From a virus (taxonomy: Duplodnaviria; Heunggongvirae; Uroviricota; Caudoviricetes): a stretch of 64,000 bases of DNA. Within the stretch, counting starts at the first letter, position 1. Every line of letters starts with the position of its first letter. Location of the stretch: positions 42,581 to 106,580 of the IMG/VR virus record IMGVR_UViG_3300012344_000014; one strand, 5' to 3'. Of this stretch, positions 27,987-37,165 are shown piece after piece. The position numbers and the translations under genes were made by a program. The notes beneath the pieces were generated by a model, which made no database searches, was not told the origin of the DNA, and worked only from the letters and a program-made list of their open reading frames with translations.

Positions 27987-28709
27987 TCAGAAATCAATAA
28001 AATCATGATACAGAAAACGGGTGCGGGGCGGCACGCGGCGATCAAGATGCCAATGCCCGCAGAACCATTCAGGCTCGAGCGCGGCGGCGTCTACCTCGTC
28101 CATCCAGCGTTCCATGGTATAATCGGGAGGGCCTCCATAAATATTGGGAGCGCATCGATCCCACGGAATCATGCTCTGGGGGCAGGTATGGGAGAGGATA
28201 ACATCGGGGCGATGGACGCGCGCGGTTTCCAGAATAGAATCTCTTTCAGGTTTTGAAAGCTGCTCATCAGGGAACCAGCGATATTGCGGGAACCCCTGCG
28301 CCTGACGCTCGAGCCGGATAAACTTATCGATGCTGTAAGCGCCGCCGATCACCATGACGCTCGTGCCGCTGAAATCATACAGGCCGCCGTCTTTCGCATA
28401 GAGAATATTTGGAAACTCATCCTCGACGAGCACAGGGCCTGAAAGATAAGAACTGACATAGTCTTCCTCGCGGCAGACTTTGCGGCTGGGGCGCTGATCA
28501 TGGTTGCCGCGAACCATAAAGAACGTCAGCGGCAAAGCGGCGAGCTCGGCCTTGAGTTTTCTATCCCGCTTACCGCCAAAGTAATTCACCCCGTTATCGC
28601 CAAGCACAACCATGAGATCTCCGCCGGCGTCTTTGCCGACGTCGTGAGACTCGCAGAAGAGTTCGACGGAACTATAATCGCCGTGTTTATCGCCGGTAAG
28701 CCAGATCAT
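27987..28709 (-). CDS. metallophosphoesterase (calcineurin-like)
   Basis: Motifs LTGDKHGD, VLGDNG and VRGNHD. AAAGGAG RBS before ATG 28709. Confidence 0.8.
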   Translation of the reverse strand: MIWLTGDKHGDYSSVELFCESHDVGKDAGGDLMVVLGDNGVNYFGGKRDRKLKAELAALPLTFFMVRGNHDQRPSRKVCREEDYVSSYLSGPVLVEDEFPNILYAKDGGLYDFSGTSVMVIGGAYSIDKFIRLERQAQGFPQYRWFPDEQLSKPERDSILETARVHRPDVILSHTCPQSMIPWDRCAPNIYGGPPDYTMERWMDEVDAAALEPEWFCGHWHLDRRVPPRTRFLYHDFIDF

Positions 28710-29071
28710 TGCGTGCTCCTTTTTAATCTCTGCCCGCATTGCGGGCAATATCGATCGGTTCGTTTAACTTCGTTGGGGCAGGCGGGGCAGCGCAGTGTAT
28801 GAAGCTTGCGCCGCCCATCATCCATGGTTTGTTCCAGCGGAGGGAGGGGATTATCCCGGTTCTTGCGCCATTCAACCAGCTCGCTGGCGGGAACCAGTCG
28901 GAACTCTCCGCTCTCCCAATCAAAGCCGAGATAACCATGGGAAACTTCGACGCCCGCCGGAGGCCCCAACGCGGGGAAGCCCAGGGAAATGAGGACTTCC
29001 ACCTTGTCAGGGTCACACAGCGTACCCGCAACCGCCTGGCGCACAGCTTCGTTTAGCTGAGAAAGCGTCAT
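28706..29071 (-). CDS. hypothetical protein with C-terminal zinc ribbon
   Basis: 121 aa; CPACPNEV...YCPQCG at the C-terminus. Confidence 0.5.
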   Translation of the reverse strand: MTLSQLNEAVRQAVAGTLCDPDKVEVLISLGFPALGPPAGVEVSHGYLGFDWESGEFRLVPASELVEWRKNRDNPLPPLEQTMDDGRRKLHTLRCPACPNEVKRTDRYCPQCGQRLKRSTQ

Positions 29072-29349
29072 CTGCGGGCATCGGCGAGCGTCACGTCATA
29101 AGCGACGTCGTCCGGGATCTCCAGCGAGAGAAGCATCTTGTAAAGAGCGGCGAAATAAGCGGCGCGCGTGCGGCCGGCGTTAATCGCCTGCTTCATCTCC
29201 TCGGGCAGGTTTTCCTTCGGTTTCGGGGATTCCTTCACTCCCTCCGGCTTTGCCGGTTTCTCCGTCTTCAGGGAAGAGTCTGTTTTCGGCTCCTCCTTCT
29301 CCGCAAGAAAGTTGAGCAGATCCCACAGTTCTTTCATTTCGTTTGCCAT
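29068..29349 (-). CDS. hypothetical Lys/Glu/Pro-rich protein
   Basis: AAGGA RBS 9 nt before ATG 29349. Codon usage (CTG, CCG, GAG, AAG) is typical of this genome. Confidence 0.5.
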   Translation of the reverse strand: MANEMKELWDLLNFLAEKEEPKTDSSLKTEKPAKPEGVKESPKPKENLPEEMKQAINAGRTRAAYFAALYKMLLSLEIPDDVAYDVTLADARR

Positions 29350-29527
29350 AATTTCGAATCCTTTCACCATATTTAATATCAATCCATGCGCGCAGGAACG
29401 TGCCTGCAACGCAGACCGTGACGGCCAGCACCCACGCGGCCACATAGGAAACCCAGTGCGTCAATATCCAGATGAGCGCGGTAAGTACCGCCGCCCCAAG
29501 AAAAACGCCAAGGAAATCAATCAACAT
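29180..29527 (-). CDS. small two-TM membrane protein (3' end uncertain)
   Basis: ATG 29527, MLIDFLGVFLGAAVLTALIWILTHWVSYVAAWVLAVTVCVAG. The frame has no stop until 29180 and overlaps the next gene out of frame for about 170 nt, with poor codons in that stretch. Confidence 0.4.
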   Translation of the reverse strand: MLIDFLGVFLGAAVLTALIWILTHWVSYVAAWVLAVTVCVAGTFLRAWIDIKYGERIRNYGKRNERTVGSAQLSCGEGGAENRLFPEDGETGKAGGSEGIPETEGKPARGDEAGD

Positions 29528-29537
29528 CTACATTACA

Positions 29538-29690
29538 TCACCACCTCGGAAGAGAATGATTATCATCGTCAGGGAAAAAATAGGCAAGCGCGATACCGGA
29601 AATAAGGAAGAGCGCCGCAGCCCATGGAGGCAGCCCTAATTCCGCAAACCGTCTATATACGACGCCTGCCATAAAACCAACTGTAAACAT
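29538..29690 (-). CDS. small membrane protein (50 aa)
   Basis: ATG 29690 lies immediately after the dut stop. MFTVGFMAGVVYRRF...AAALFLISGIALAYFF. Confidence 0.45.
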   Translation of the reverse strand: MFTVGFMAGVVYRRFAELGLPPWAAALFLISGIALAYFFPDDDNHSLPRW

Positions 29691-29691
29691 A

Positions 29692-30201
29692 TTACACCCC
29701 TGTGCTGCCAAATCCCCCGTTACGCACACCGGACGCAGTATCGTTCGCGGCCGTCAGATAAGGGAGGAAAATGCCCTGCATAAACTTCGCGCAGCCCGGC
29801 AGACGAACGGGCTCTTCGGCGGTGAGCTTGGCCTGAATATGCCCCTCATTAGACGAATAGTAATAATCGCTGTCGACGATCCCGGTGCTGTTGCGCAGGC
29901 GCAGGCCATATTTGAAACCGAGCCCGGATTTGGGAACGATCGCGAGGACTACGCCGGGCGGCATATGGCAGCGGATACCTGTCGGCAGAGTGAGCGGATA
30001 CTCGGGGAGGACTTCAATTTCATAGGGAAGGAAGAAATCATAGCCCGCCGAACCGGCCGTTGCGCGGCAGGGAAGCGGAATCGCCTCCCAGATCTTACGC
30101 GTTTCAGCCACGCCCAAAGGGGCGATTTGCCTTCCTTTTTCGAACGTCTCCCGGAACTCGTCAAAGGAAACCTTTTCAAAATAGATTTCGTCGGTATTCA
30201 T
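29692..30201 (-). CDS. dut: dUTP diphosphatase
   Basis: Motifs AGSAGYDF, GIVDSDYY and the C-terminal RNGGFGSTG. Confidence 0.9.
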   Translation of the reverse strand: MNTDEIYFEKVSFDEFRETFEKGRQIAPLGVAETRKIWEAIPLPCRATAGSAGYDFFLPYEIEVLPEYPLTLPTGIRCHMPPGVVLAIVPKSGLGFKYGLRLRNSTGIVDSDYYYSSNEGHIQAKLTAEEPVRLPGCAKFMQGIFLPYLTAANDTASGVRNGGFGSTGV

Positions 30202-30419
30202 CAGACATACCCCTCGTTTACAAATTCTTCATCCACGTTCGGATTGCGGATATACATGCCGCAGGCGCAATCGCCATGCTCGCGGAAGTCTTTACAGGGG
30301 CACTTCGTATCCTTCGTCTTTTCCCTCTTGCAGGGGCAGAAACCCGAGTTGGCCTTGATTCGTTTCCGAAGGTTCCAAAGAAATTCAGAGTCTGGATTCT
30401 TGATAAACCCATCAAGCAT
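30201..30419 (-). CDS. ferredoxin-thioredoxin-reductase catalytic-subunit-like small Cys protein, copy 2
   Basis: NPDSEFLWNLRKRIKANSGFCPCK......KCPCKDFR....CACGMY, paralogous to 24371-24556. Confidence 0.55.
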   Translation of the reverse strand: MLDGFIKNPDSEFLWNLRKRIKANSGFCPCKREKTKDTKCPCKDFREHGDCACGMYIRNPNVDEEFVNEGYV

Positions 30420-31080
30420 TCTTTTCCTCCCATGTGATATCATCAAAAATAACGGGAAACAGTTTCTGGAATTCGCAAAGCAACGGGCGCATGAGCGAGC
30501 GCATTTCCGGATAAGCGGCCGACGAGGTGCGCAGCTGAAAAATATGCCGCCATTCCCGCAGGTTTGCCTTCATGACGATGATGCAGGCGGTAGAATTGGG
30601 GAGCACCTTGCGCGCGTCTTCCGCCTTCATGCCGCACTCATACCTGAGATACCGGTAATAAGTTTCGGCATGCTCCATGGACGCATCCCAGCCGCGGGAA
30701 GCGCACCATGTTTTCGCATCCAGATCGGGGCCTTCGGCTGGAAGATAGATATCCGGCCGGATGAAGCTGATATCTCCGGTCTTATCATCTTCGACATAGC
30801 GCTGGCTCTGAACGCAGAAACTGGGGAGCCGGTGCCGTGTGATCTCGGCCAGGACATCGCGCCCGGTGACGAGCTCAACCATGGCGTCGCCAAACTCAAT
30901 AGGGGCTTCATGCCCCCGCTTTATAAGCCCGCCAAGAAACTTGCGCCAGCTATCGGCCGTGATTTTATCATGCGAGCGATAGCAATTACGGGCGGCGTAT
31001 TCGATAAGGCGCAGCGTTTCCAGTGCGCGCTCCGGCGTGGACGGCGAGAGAATCTTAAAAGACTGGTTAATTACCTTCAT
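30412..31080 (-). CDS. thyX: flavin-dependent thymidylate synthase
   Basis: ThyX signature RHRLPSFCVQSQRY. Start at ATG 31080 (MKVINQSFKIL). Confidence 0.9.
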   Translation of the reverse strand: MKVINQSFKILSPSTPERALETLRLIEYAARNCYRSHDKITADSWRKFLGGLIKRGHEAPIEFGDAMVELVTGRDVLAEITRHRLPSFCVQSQRYVEDDKTGDISFIRPDIYLPAEGPDLDAKTWCASRGWDASMEHAETYYRYLRYECGMKAEDARKVLPNSTACIIVMKANLREWRHIFQLRTSSAAYPEMRSLMRPLLCEFQKLFPVIFDDITWEEKNA

Positions 31081-31444
31081 CGAAGGTTGATTCCTCCTTT
31101 CCTTCTTCATTATTAATGAGGGAATCCGCCTCGACGCCGTCCGTGTTTTCAGGATCGGTTTCAGCGTATTCGCTATCCCGATCATAGAGGTTGCCGCGCA
31201 TATCGCCGTTGAGGCGCATGAGCAGCGTTTCAAACCGGAGAGAGGAGAGCATAACGGTGCCCTCGTTAAAGAGAATGACGGAGCGGATTTTGCGCCCGAC
31301 CGTCGCATCCAAGAGATGCTTACGGCCTTTGGCAGCTTTGACCTATTCTTTCGAAGTCATGGTGCGCGGGTTAAGAACGGCAATGACATGATTGGCGCAG
31401 ACGGCATGCTTCAGGCCAGCGTTGACAAAGCGCAGTTCTTCCAT
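31067..31444 (-). CDS. RemA/DUF370-like protein with acidic tail (read through in-frame TAG 31343-31345)
   Basis: ATG 31444 abuts the upstream stop. MEELRFVNAGLKHAVCANHVIAVLNP..SKE-TAG-VKAAKGRKHLLDATVGRKIRSVILFNEG.VMLSSL..ETL..R follows the RemA pattern across the TAG, in frame with track ORF 31067-31312. Confidence 0.65.
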
Positions 31445-32527
31445 TTATTCTTCACCTCCAAGGAGATATTGTTCGAGGATGTCGGTAAGGTTTGCAAAAT
31501 TGAAGCCGGTGCCGCCGCCGAAATTGGGCATCAGCTGGCCGTTCCATTTTTCGATCATCTGCTGCTGGATTACAAGCTCGCTCAAGCCGGCCTTGCTGGC
31601 TTCCAATTCAGCCTTGGTGGCTTCGGCGGCATCCAGCCTGGCCTGCTTATCAGCCGCGGCACGGGTCTTGATCACATAGGCTTCGTTATCCACACGGATC
31701 TTTTCAGCCTCGGCGGACGCCTGTGCGTTGATCAGCGCGACAGCCTGATCGCTTTCCGCCTTGATGCGTTCCTGCTCGGCTTTCTGTTCGGCCTGTTTGA
31801 CGGCGACGTCGTATTCGGTTTGCGCGGAAATTTTTTCTTTCTGTTGGCGCAGTTCGGTGTTGGTGAGTTCAGCGCTGAGGCGGGCACGCTCCTCAAGAAT
31901 GGCAGTATACTCCGGCGTAAAATCGTACGTCTTCATGTTGACGCGGAGAATATTGATACCGTACGGTTTCGTGATCTCATCCAGCCGCTCGGCGATCTGC
32001 GCGGGAATTGCTTCCTTATTATTGACGATATCCTCGCTATCATAAAGGGAGAAGACCTGTTTGATAATCGCCAGAGCGTTGGACTCGACCAGGACACCGG
32101 TGTAATTCTTGCCATAGTTGGTATATACATCGTAAGACTTTTCCGGCGCGAGCTGATGCTGAATCTCGAACTCAAAGACAGGCACGAGCTGACGATCTTT
32201 TGTTTCGGCGGTATCAGACGTGGTCGGCTTCGAAGTGCCGCTGGCGATGCGCAGGGTTTGTACCTGATTAGAAATCAGATCAAGCGAATCGACAAACGGG
32301 ATTTTAAGAAACCAGCCTTCTGACACGCCTTCCTTCTGAACAACTCCCGCCCGACGCAGTACGCCGGTATGGTTATACGGAACGACTCCCACTGCGTTGA
32401 CGCTAAGTACAAGCACAAGAAGCGCGCAGGCGGCGATAAGAATTATTTTTTTGATACGTCGAGATCGGATGCGCTCACGCTCGGCGGCCATATCTTCCAC
32501 CGTTTTGCGCCAATTTCTTGTTTCCAT
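31445..32527 (-). CDS. SPFH/band-7 family membrane protein
   Basis: N-terminal TM segment, SPFH core (GVLRRAGVV...GWFLKIPFVDSL) and a long coiled-coil C-terminus. Confidence 0.75.
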   Translation of the reverse strand: METRNWRKTVEDMAAERERIRSRRIKKIILIAACALLVLVLSVNAVGVVPYNHTGVLRRAGVVQKEGVSEGWFLKIPFVDSLDLISNQVQTLRIASGTSKPTTSDTAETKDRQLVPVFEFEIQHQLAPEKSYDVYTNYGKNYTGVLVESNALAIIKQVFSLYDSEDIVNNKEAIPAQIAERLDEITKPYGINILRVNMKTYDFTPEYTAILEERARLSAELTNTELRQQKEKISAQTEYDVAVKQAEQKAEQERIKAESDQAVALINAQASAEAEKIRVDNEAYVIKTRAAADKQARLDAAEATKAELEASKAGLSELVIQQQMIEKWNGQLMPNFGGGTGFNFANLTDILEQYLLGGEE

Positions 32528-32555
32528 AACAGAACCCCTTTCAAAATTTTCTTTT

Positions 32556-32594
32556 CATATAATAAAGGGAACATTTTTCACCCCGCTTTTTCAG
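32556..32594 (-). promoter_or_regulatory. conserved intergenic element, copy 2
   Basis: The - strand reads TGAAAAAGCGGGGTGAAAAATGTTCCCTTTATTATATGAAAAG, between the Pol III alpha stop and the SPFH gene. Confidence 0.5.
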
Positions 32595-35500
32595 TTTGAG
32601 CGGGCGAAACAGAAATTTTTTTGTAGCCGTCCATCCAAAGCTCAGTCACGCCGGGCTTGACAGAACGTTTGCCATCCTGATACTGATAGGCGGGCTTCTT
32701 CTGCCAGCCAAGGAGCTTGATGACGTCGCCGGCCTTAACGGGATCTTTAGCGAAATCAGGCTTGCGAATTTTCATCACACCGGTGTCTCCGGTGGAGACG
32801 CTATAGAGCTTCAGCTTGGGGCTATATTTCTCATCCACATCAATGACGGCGTAGCAGCCCTTCTTTTCGGGATAGACGCTGAGGGGCGCGCCGAAATAGT
32901 CGCACTCGAAGGGAATGATTTCCTCCATGGGGAGATCTTCATCCGGCAGGGAAGACTCCAGATCGCGCAGGACGGCGAGACGTTTCTGCTGCGTCTTCTC
33001 GACGAGCCCTTTATAGAACCGGTTCTCGCCGGACTTGAACTCCTGAAAGAGCTTGAGCAGTTTGGCGGAGCCGCCGAAATCGCTGAAGTATCCCATCTTG
33101 ATGAGCGCGGTGATGCTGGTGGCGTCGAACGCCGGAGACATATCCATATCGTAAAGCAGATCGGTGAAGTAAAGATACAGCGTATCGCGCATTTTATAGA
33201 GCGCGTCGGCGACTTTTCTACTGACGTGCTTGACGGAGGTGAGCGCGTCGGCGATGGTGTGCGCGCTTTCATCGATAAAGAAATCGCGGTTATCCTGCCC
33301 GAACTTGCAAGCGACGACGCGGATGCCGAACGCCCGACGCATTTCCTCCTTGGCTTTGGCGATGCGGTCTTTATCCTTCTTGGCGGCGTAGGCGCGAAGC
33401 AGGGTGGTGTAATACTGATAAGGATAGTGCGCCTTGAGCCATGCGCCGTAAAGACTATCCAGCGCGACGCAGGTGGCATGCGATGCATTAAAAAGATAGG
33501 AGCAGGAATCGTTGATGATCTGCCAGATTTTATCGGTGGTGGCGAGAGCTTCGGCCTCAGTGACATGCTCCTCCTCCACGATGCGCTGAGAGAACGTGGC
33601 GCGGAACTTTTCCTTGAGAGCGAGCACCTTTTCGGGATGCTTCTTCGAGATGGCCTTGATGGCGGCATAGGATTCAGCCCCAGTGAAACCGCCATGCTGT
33701 AGGACTTTCATGATCTGCTCCTGAAACATGAGGAAGCTGTCGGGAATTTCTTTCGTCTGAAGCAGGTTATCCAGCGAGGGGATACCATAATCGAAATGCC
33801 GGCGGGCGAGGAATGTATCGATCATCGACTTGAAGCCCGGGCGGATGGCGGCGACGAACGCGGCCAGCTCGGTAATATTGCGCGGCTTATAGCGGGCGAC
33901 CTTTTCAGTGGCCTTCTCGCGCTCAACCTGATTGAGCCCCATGGTATAGCCTTTGGCGTACATATCCCAGACTGGATCATCCGGCGGGCACATGGCGAGC
34001 AGTTCGTTAACAGAGGGGAGGGGGATATTGGCGGCCTTGTAGGCGGCGGCGTTGATGTTGACGACGGTGACGGAAAGAAGATCGTTTTTTAGATATCCGT
34101 ATCGATCCGCTGTCGCCCCGTCGATAAAAGCGGCATAAATAGTTCCCTTCTTGCCGGTTTTGCTATTGATACGATAAAGCCCAATTTCCCGGCGGATATC
34201 CTGATCGGTCAGAAGATAGGAACAGGGGCTGGGGGAGATGGAATCGACCATGCCAAGATATTTATTGGACATGCGCAGCTGCTCATGATACTCCTTGGGC
34301 ACGTAATCGAACGGATCGATGGCTTCGCGGTCTTCATCGTCTTCGGCGTATTTTACATCAAGCTCATACTTTTTCAAGCTGTCAGAGATGGCGTTAGCCG
34401 TTTCGAAGGCGACGTTGGTAGAACGGCAATACATCTTCCAGGCGGAAAGCCGTTTGAGCGTGCCAAAGGCGACCATCTGCGCGCTATGCCACTCGCCCAT
34501 GACCTCGGCCTGCGCTTTTTCAAACACCTCAACGTTGCCGCAGTTCAGATCCAAATCCGGCATCTGACCGGTGCTCAGGCGCTCTTTGGAAATAAACCGG
34601 TCGGGGTACATGGTGACGGGCATCTTCAAGCGATCAACGGAGGAGAAGCCGAGAAGCATATTCGTCAGGAAACTGACGCCGCTATTATGGACGACCATAT
34701 GATTAAGTAAGTAGCTGTGTGAATTTTCGATATGCAGATCGTAGACTTTGCACTTCTGCCGAGGTAGAAGATTGATTCCAGTAACTGGAATAAGCCAGTA
34801 CTTGTCGTTTTCAGATATTTTGCGTGACATCCCATAAGGAGTTGAATAAACGGGAATAACCCATTTATATGAGGTTTTGCAGTTATAACCGCGTTTATCA
34901 AACCAACGATCTCGCACTGTAAGCCGCGGCGGCTTCTCTCCAGCTTTCATACAAAGAATATTAAAGGCGTTCATCAAGGAAGGAGATGTATTGTCAAAGC
35001 ATTTACGATCCGATTCAGCAAAACAGCCATCGGTACGCATAAGCCCCGATAAAAAAGCTTTTGATTTCTCGTTATCAAGAAGCAAAATCTCATCGGGGAC
35101 AACTTTATCGTTTCCCTTTTTTGAAATGAAATACGTACAGCCAAGATATTTAGCAAAGGAAGAAGCATGCAGGGTAAGTTGAACCAATTTTTTATTTTTA
35201 GCTTTCGCTTCATAAATAGTTCCGCCAACCCGCGATGCCATAGTCTCAAAGATTTTGCGATTGTAAATATTTTTTTCGTTCTCCGCATTGATGGCAATAC
35301 CACAGACATAACTGCCGTCGTTTCTATGTCGAACCCAGCCGTCTCCATACATCATACCAAGGAATTCGTAATAGAGCGCGTCTTTAACGACCCATCTGCT
35401 CATCAACCGAAAACAAGTATCCTTATATTTTTGCGTAAGCGCTTCTTGAGTATCAACACCATAATAATCGAGTATTTCTCTTTTTGCTTTATTGAGATAT

Positions 35501-37089
35501 ACCCCAGGGCCACGACGAACTTCCGCGGAAGTTCGCCCAACAACAAAATTGTATAACGCTGAACGGGAGATGTGGAATTTTTTCATCAGGATTTCCCAGC
35601 CAAACGCTTCGCGCATCATGTCTTTGCGTAATTCAAAAATATGATCTCCGTCAAATATAGAGGCTCTGCTAATGTATTTGCTGAGATCAACCACTTCGGC
35701 AGTTTGTGAGGCCGGCTGAACAATCTTCGGAATACAAAGCAAATCCCCTTTCTTCAGCCGCGATGCTTCCACCCAGTCATAAGAGCCGTTCAACCGGCAA
35801 ACGAGAACACGATGATCCAACGTACATGTAGGATAAGAGCCAAACATCTTATTCGCCGGAGCCTGAATTTCAACAAGGGGTTCGTCAATATCATAAGAGA
35901 AGGTTTCAATTACTTTTTGATAATCCCCATCCTTATCAATTACAACGTCTCCAGGAGCCACTTGCGAAATTTGTTTCAGCCCGGTCAGTGTTGGCACACG
36001 CGCAGTGTCGGTGAAACAGCCCCTTCCAGATTGGGTTAACACCCCGCCTTCCCGCTTGGCAGTATCGACAACGCGGTTATCAATAAGAAAATAATCCGAA
36101 GTGTTGGTACCGGTAACGGCGTCTGTCTCATACCGGATCGCTTCTTCGTATTCCGGCCAGCGCTCCTGCGGCACTTCAGCTTTATACTGATCCCACGCCT
36201 GATGTACAAGGTCGAGATATTTTTGATTGCGCTCTTCCTGCGTCATGTCGGGATAAGCCGCGGGGAGCTTGCGGCGTTTACCAAACGAGACATCCTCAAA
36301 ATCCAGGAAGACGTTTGTGTTTTCCATCGCTTCATTAATCTGGGCGACGGACAGAACGCCCTGCGCCTTGAACCTGTCGAGCAAATGCTTTTCAGAGGGA
36401 TAATCCATATCCCAACCCTCTTCATCTTCATATTTAAGATGATGGGACTCAAGCAGCTGATCGCGCAGTTTGGAATCCTCCGGGTAAATGAAATGGGAAT
36501 CGGTTGCGGCAATGAGCGGGATATTATACTTGCGATAAAGATCGAGCACGAGCCGGTTGACATCCTTCTGCTTATCGACGTTATGCGCCTGAACCTCGAG
36601 CATGAAGCTGCCGCGGAAATGATCGTTCAAGAGCGTAACGAGCCGTTCGGCCTCCTCCGCGCCGTACTTCCAAATACCGCCGACGCAGGCTGTGGTAACG
36701 AATACATCCTTCGGATCGAGGGCCATGAGCAGATCCAGATCGACGCGGGGGCGATAGTAATAGCCGGTGATATTCGCTTCGGAGAGCGCATAATTCAAAT
36801 CGCCGACGCCTTTGCGCGTCTTCGCTGCCAGAATGAGATGGCAGTTGGATTTGTCTTTTTCGAAGCGGTCCTTGACGAAATAGGCTTCGGTAACATAGCG
36901 CCACTTCAGGCCATACTTTTCAGCTAGCTCGGCGCACTCCCAATAGTTGCCCTGCGTGCCATGGTTACAGGAGGAAAGAACCGTCTGGTTCAGTTCGACG
37001 GCGCGCCTGGCGTAATCCTCCATGGTGGCGACGCTGTCGGCAAGCATGATATTGGAGATGTGATCATGTTTATGATAATTGACGTACAT
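32578..37089 (-). CDS. dnaE: DNA polymerase III alpha subunit (PHP plus polymerase core), intein-containing
   Basis: GGAGGT RBS then ATG 37089. The PHP N-terminus is MYVNYHKHDH. About 1500 aa; the GRG/SGVSF (GRGSAAGS-type) motif is split by an insert. Confidence 0.9.
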   Translation of the reverse strand: MYVNYHKHDHISNIMLADSVATMEDYARRAVELNQTVLSSCNHGTQGNYWECAELAEKYGLKWRYVTEAYFVKDRFEKDKSNCHLILAAKTRKGVGDLNYALSEANITGYYYRPRVDLDLLMALDPKDVFVTTACVGGIWKYGAEEAERLVTLLNDHFRGSFMLEVQAHNVDKQKDVNRLVLDLYRKYNIPLIAATDSHFIYPEDSKLRDQLLESHHLKYEDEEGWDMDYPSEKHLLDRFKAQGVLSVAQINEAMENTNVFLDFEDVSFGKRRKLPAAYPDMTQEERNQKYLDLVHQAWDQYKAEVPQERWPEYEEAIRYETDAVTGTNTSDYFLIDNRVVDTAKREGGVLTQSGRGCFTDTARVPTLTGLKQISQVAPGDVVIDKDGDYQKVIETFSYDIDEPLVEIQAPANKMFGSYPTCTLDHRVLVCRLNGSYDWVEASRLKKGDLLCIPKIVQPASQTAEVVDLSKYISRASIFDGDHIFELRKDMMREAFGWEILMKKFHISRSALYNFVVGRTSAEVRRGPGVYLNKAKREILDYYGVDTQEALTQKYKDTCFRLMSRWVVKDALYYEFLGMMYGDGWVRHRNDGSYVCGIAINAENEKNIYNRKIFETMASRVGGTIYEAKAKNKKLVQLTLHASSFAKYLGCTYFISKKGNDKVVPDEILLLDNEKSKAFLSGLMRTDGCFAESDRKCFDNTSPSLMNAFNILCMKAGEKPPRLTVRDRWFDKRGYNCKTSYKWVIPVYSTPYGMSRKISENDKYWLIPVTGINLLPRQKCKVYDLHIENSHSYLLNHMVVHNSGVSFLTNMLLGFSSVDRLKMPVTMYPDRFISKERLSTGQMPDLDLNCGNVEVFEKAQAEVMGEWHSAQMVAFGTLKRLSAWKMYCRSTNVAFETANAISDSLKKYELDVKYAEDDEDREAIDPFDYVPKEYHEQLRMSNKYLGMVDSISPSPCSYLLTDQDIRREIGLYRINSKTGKKGTIYAAFIDGATADRYGYLKNDLLSVTVVNINAAAYKAANIPLPSVNELLAMCPPDDPVWDMYAKGYTMGLNQVEREKATEKVARYKPRNITELAAFVAAIRPGFKSMIDTFLARRHFDYGIPSLDNLLQTKEIPDSFLMFQEQIMKVLQHGGFTGAESYAAIKAISKKHPEKVLALKEKFRATFSQRIVEEEHVTEAEALATTDKIWQIINDSCSYLFNASHATCVALDSLYGAWLKAHYPYQYYTTLLRAYAAKKDKDRIAKAKEEMRRAFGIRVVACKFGQDNRDFFIDESAHTIADALTSVKHVSRKVADALYKMRDTLYLYFTDLLYDMDMSPAFDATSITALIKMGYFSDFGGSAKLLKLFQEFKSGENRFYKGLVEKTQQKRLAVLRDLESSLPDEDLPMEEIIPFECDYFGAPLSVYPEKKGCYAVIDVDEKYSPKLKLYSVSTGDTGVMKIRKPDFAKDPVKAGDVIKLLGWQKKPAYQYQDGKRSVKPGVTELWMDGYKKISVSPAQTEKAG
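34684..36018 (-). mobile_element. intein (445 aa) with LAGLIDADG homing endonuclease in Pol III alpha
   Basis: Starts CFTDT after QSGRG and ends MVVHN followed by +1 Ser. Two LAGLIDADG-like motifs are present (FLGMMYGDGW, FLSGLMRTDGCF). The region is visibly more AT-rich than its flanks. Confidence 0.9.
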
Positions 37090-37103
37090 AATACCTCCAC
37101 CCC

Positions 37104-37132
37104 TTGTTATTTCAAATGAGACATGATATACT
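37104..37132 (+). promoter_or_regulatory. sigma-A-type promoter (TTGTTA-N17-TATACT with a TG extension)
   Basis: Lies in the divergent intergenic region between dnaE and the + strand island. Confidence 0.55.
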
Positions 37133-37165
37133 TTGTTTATAATGCACGAAAGGATTTGAACGACA

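Noticed and set aside
37148-37162. tRNA search for a suppressor tRNA: T-loop-like GTTCAAATCC on the - strand here, and TTCGAATCC at 29352-29361
   Set aside because: There are no complementary T-stem, acceptor stem or anticodon arm around either site. The first lies in a promoter/RBS region and the second inside a coding sequence. I found no convincing tRNA anywhere in the window, but a by-eye scan can miss one.
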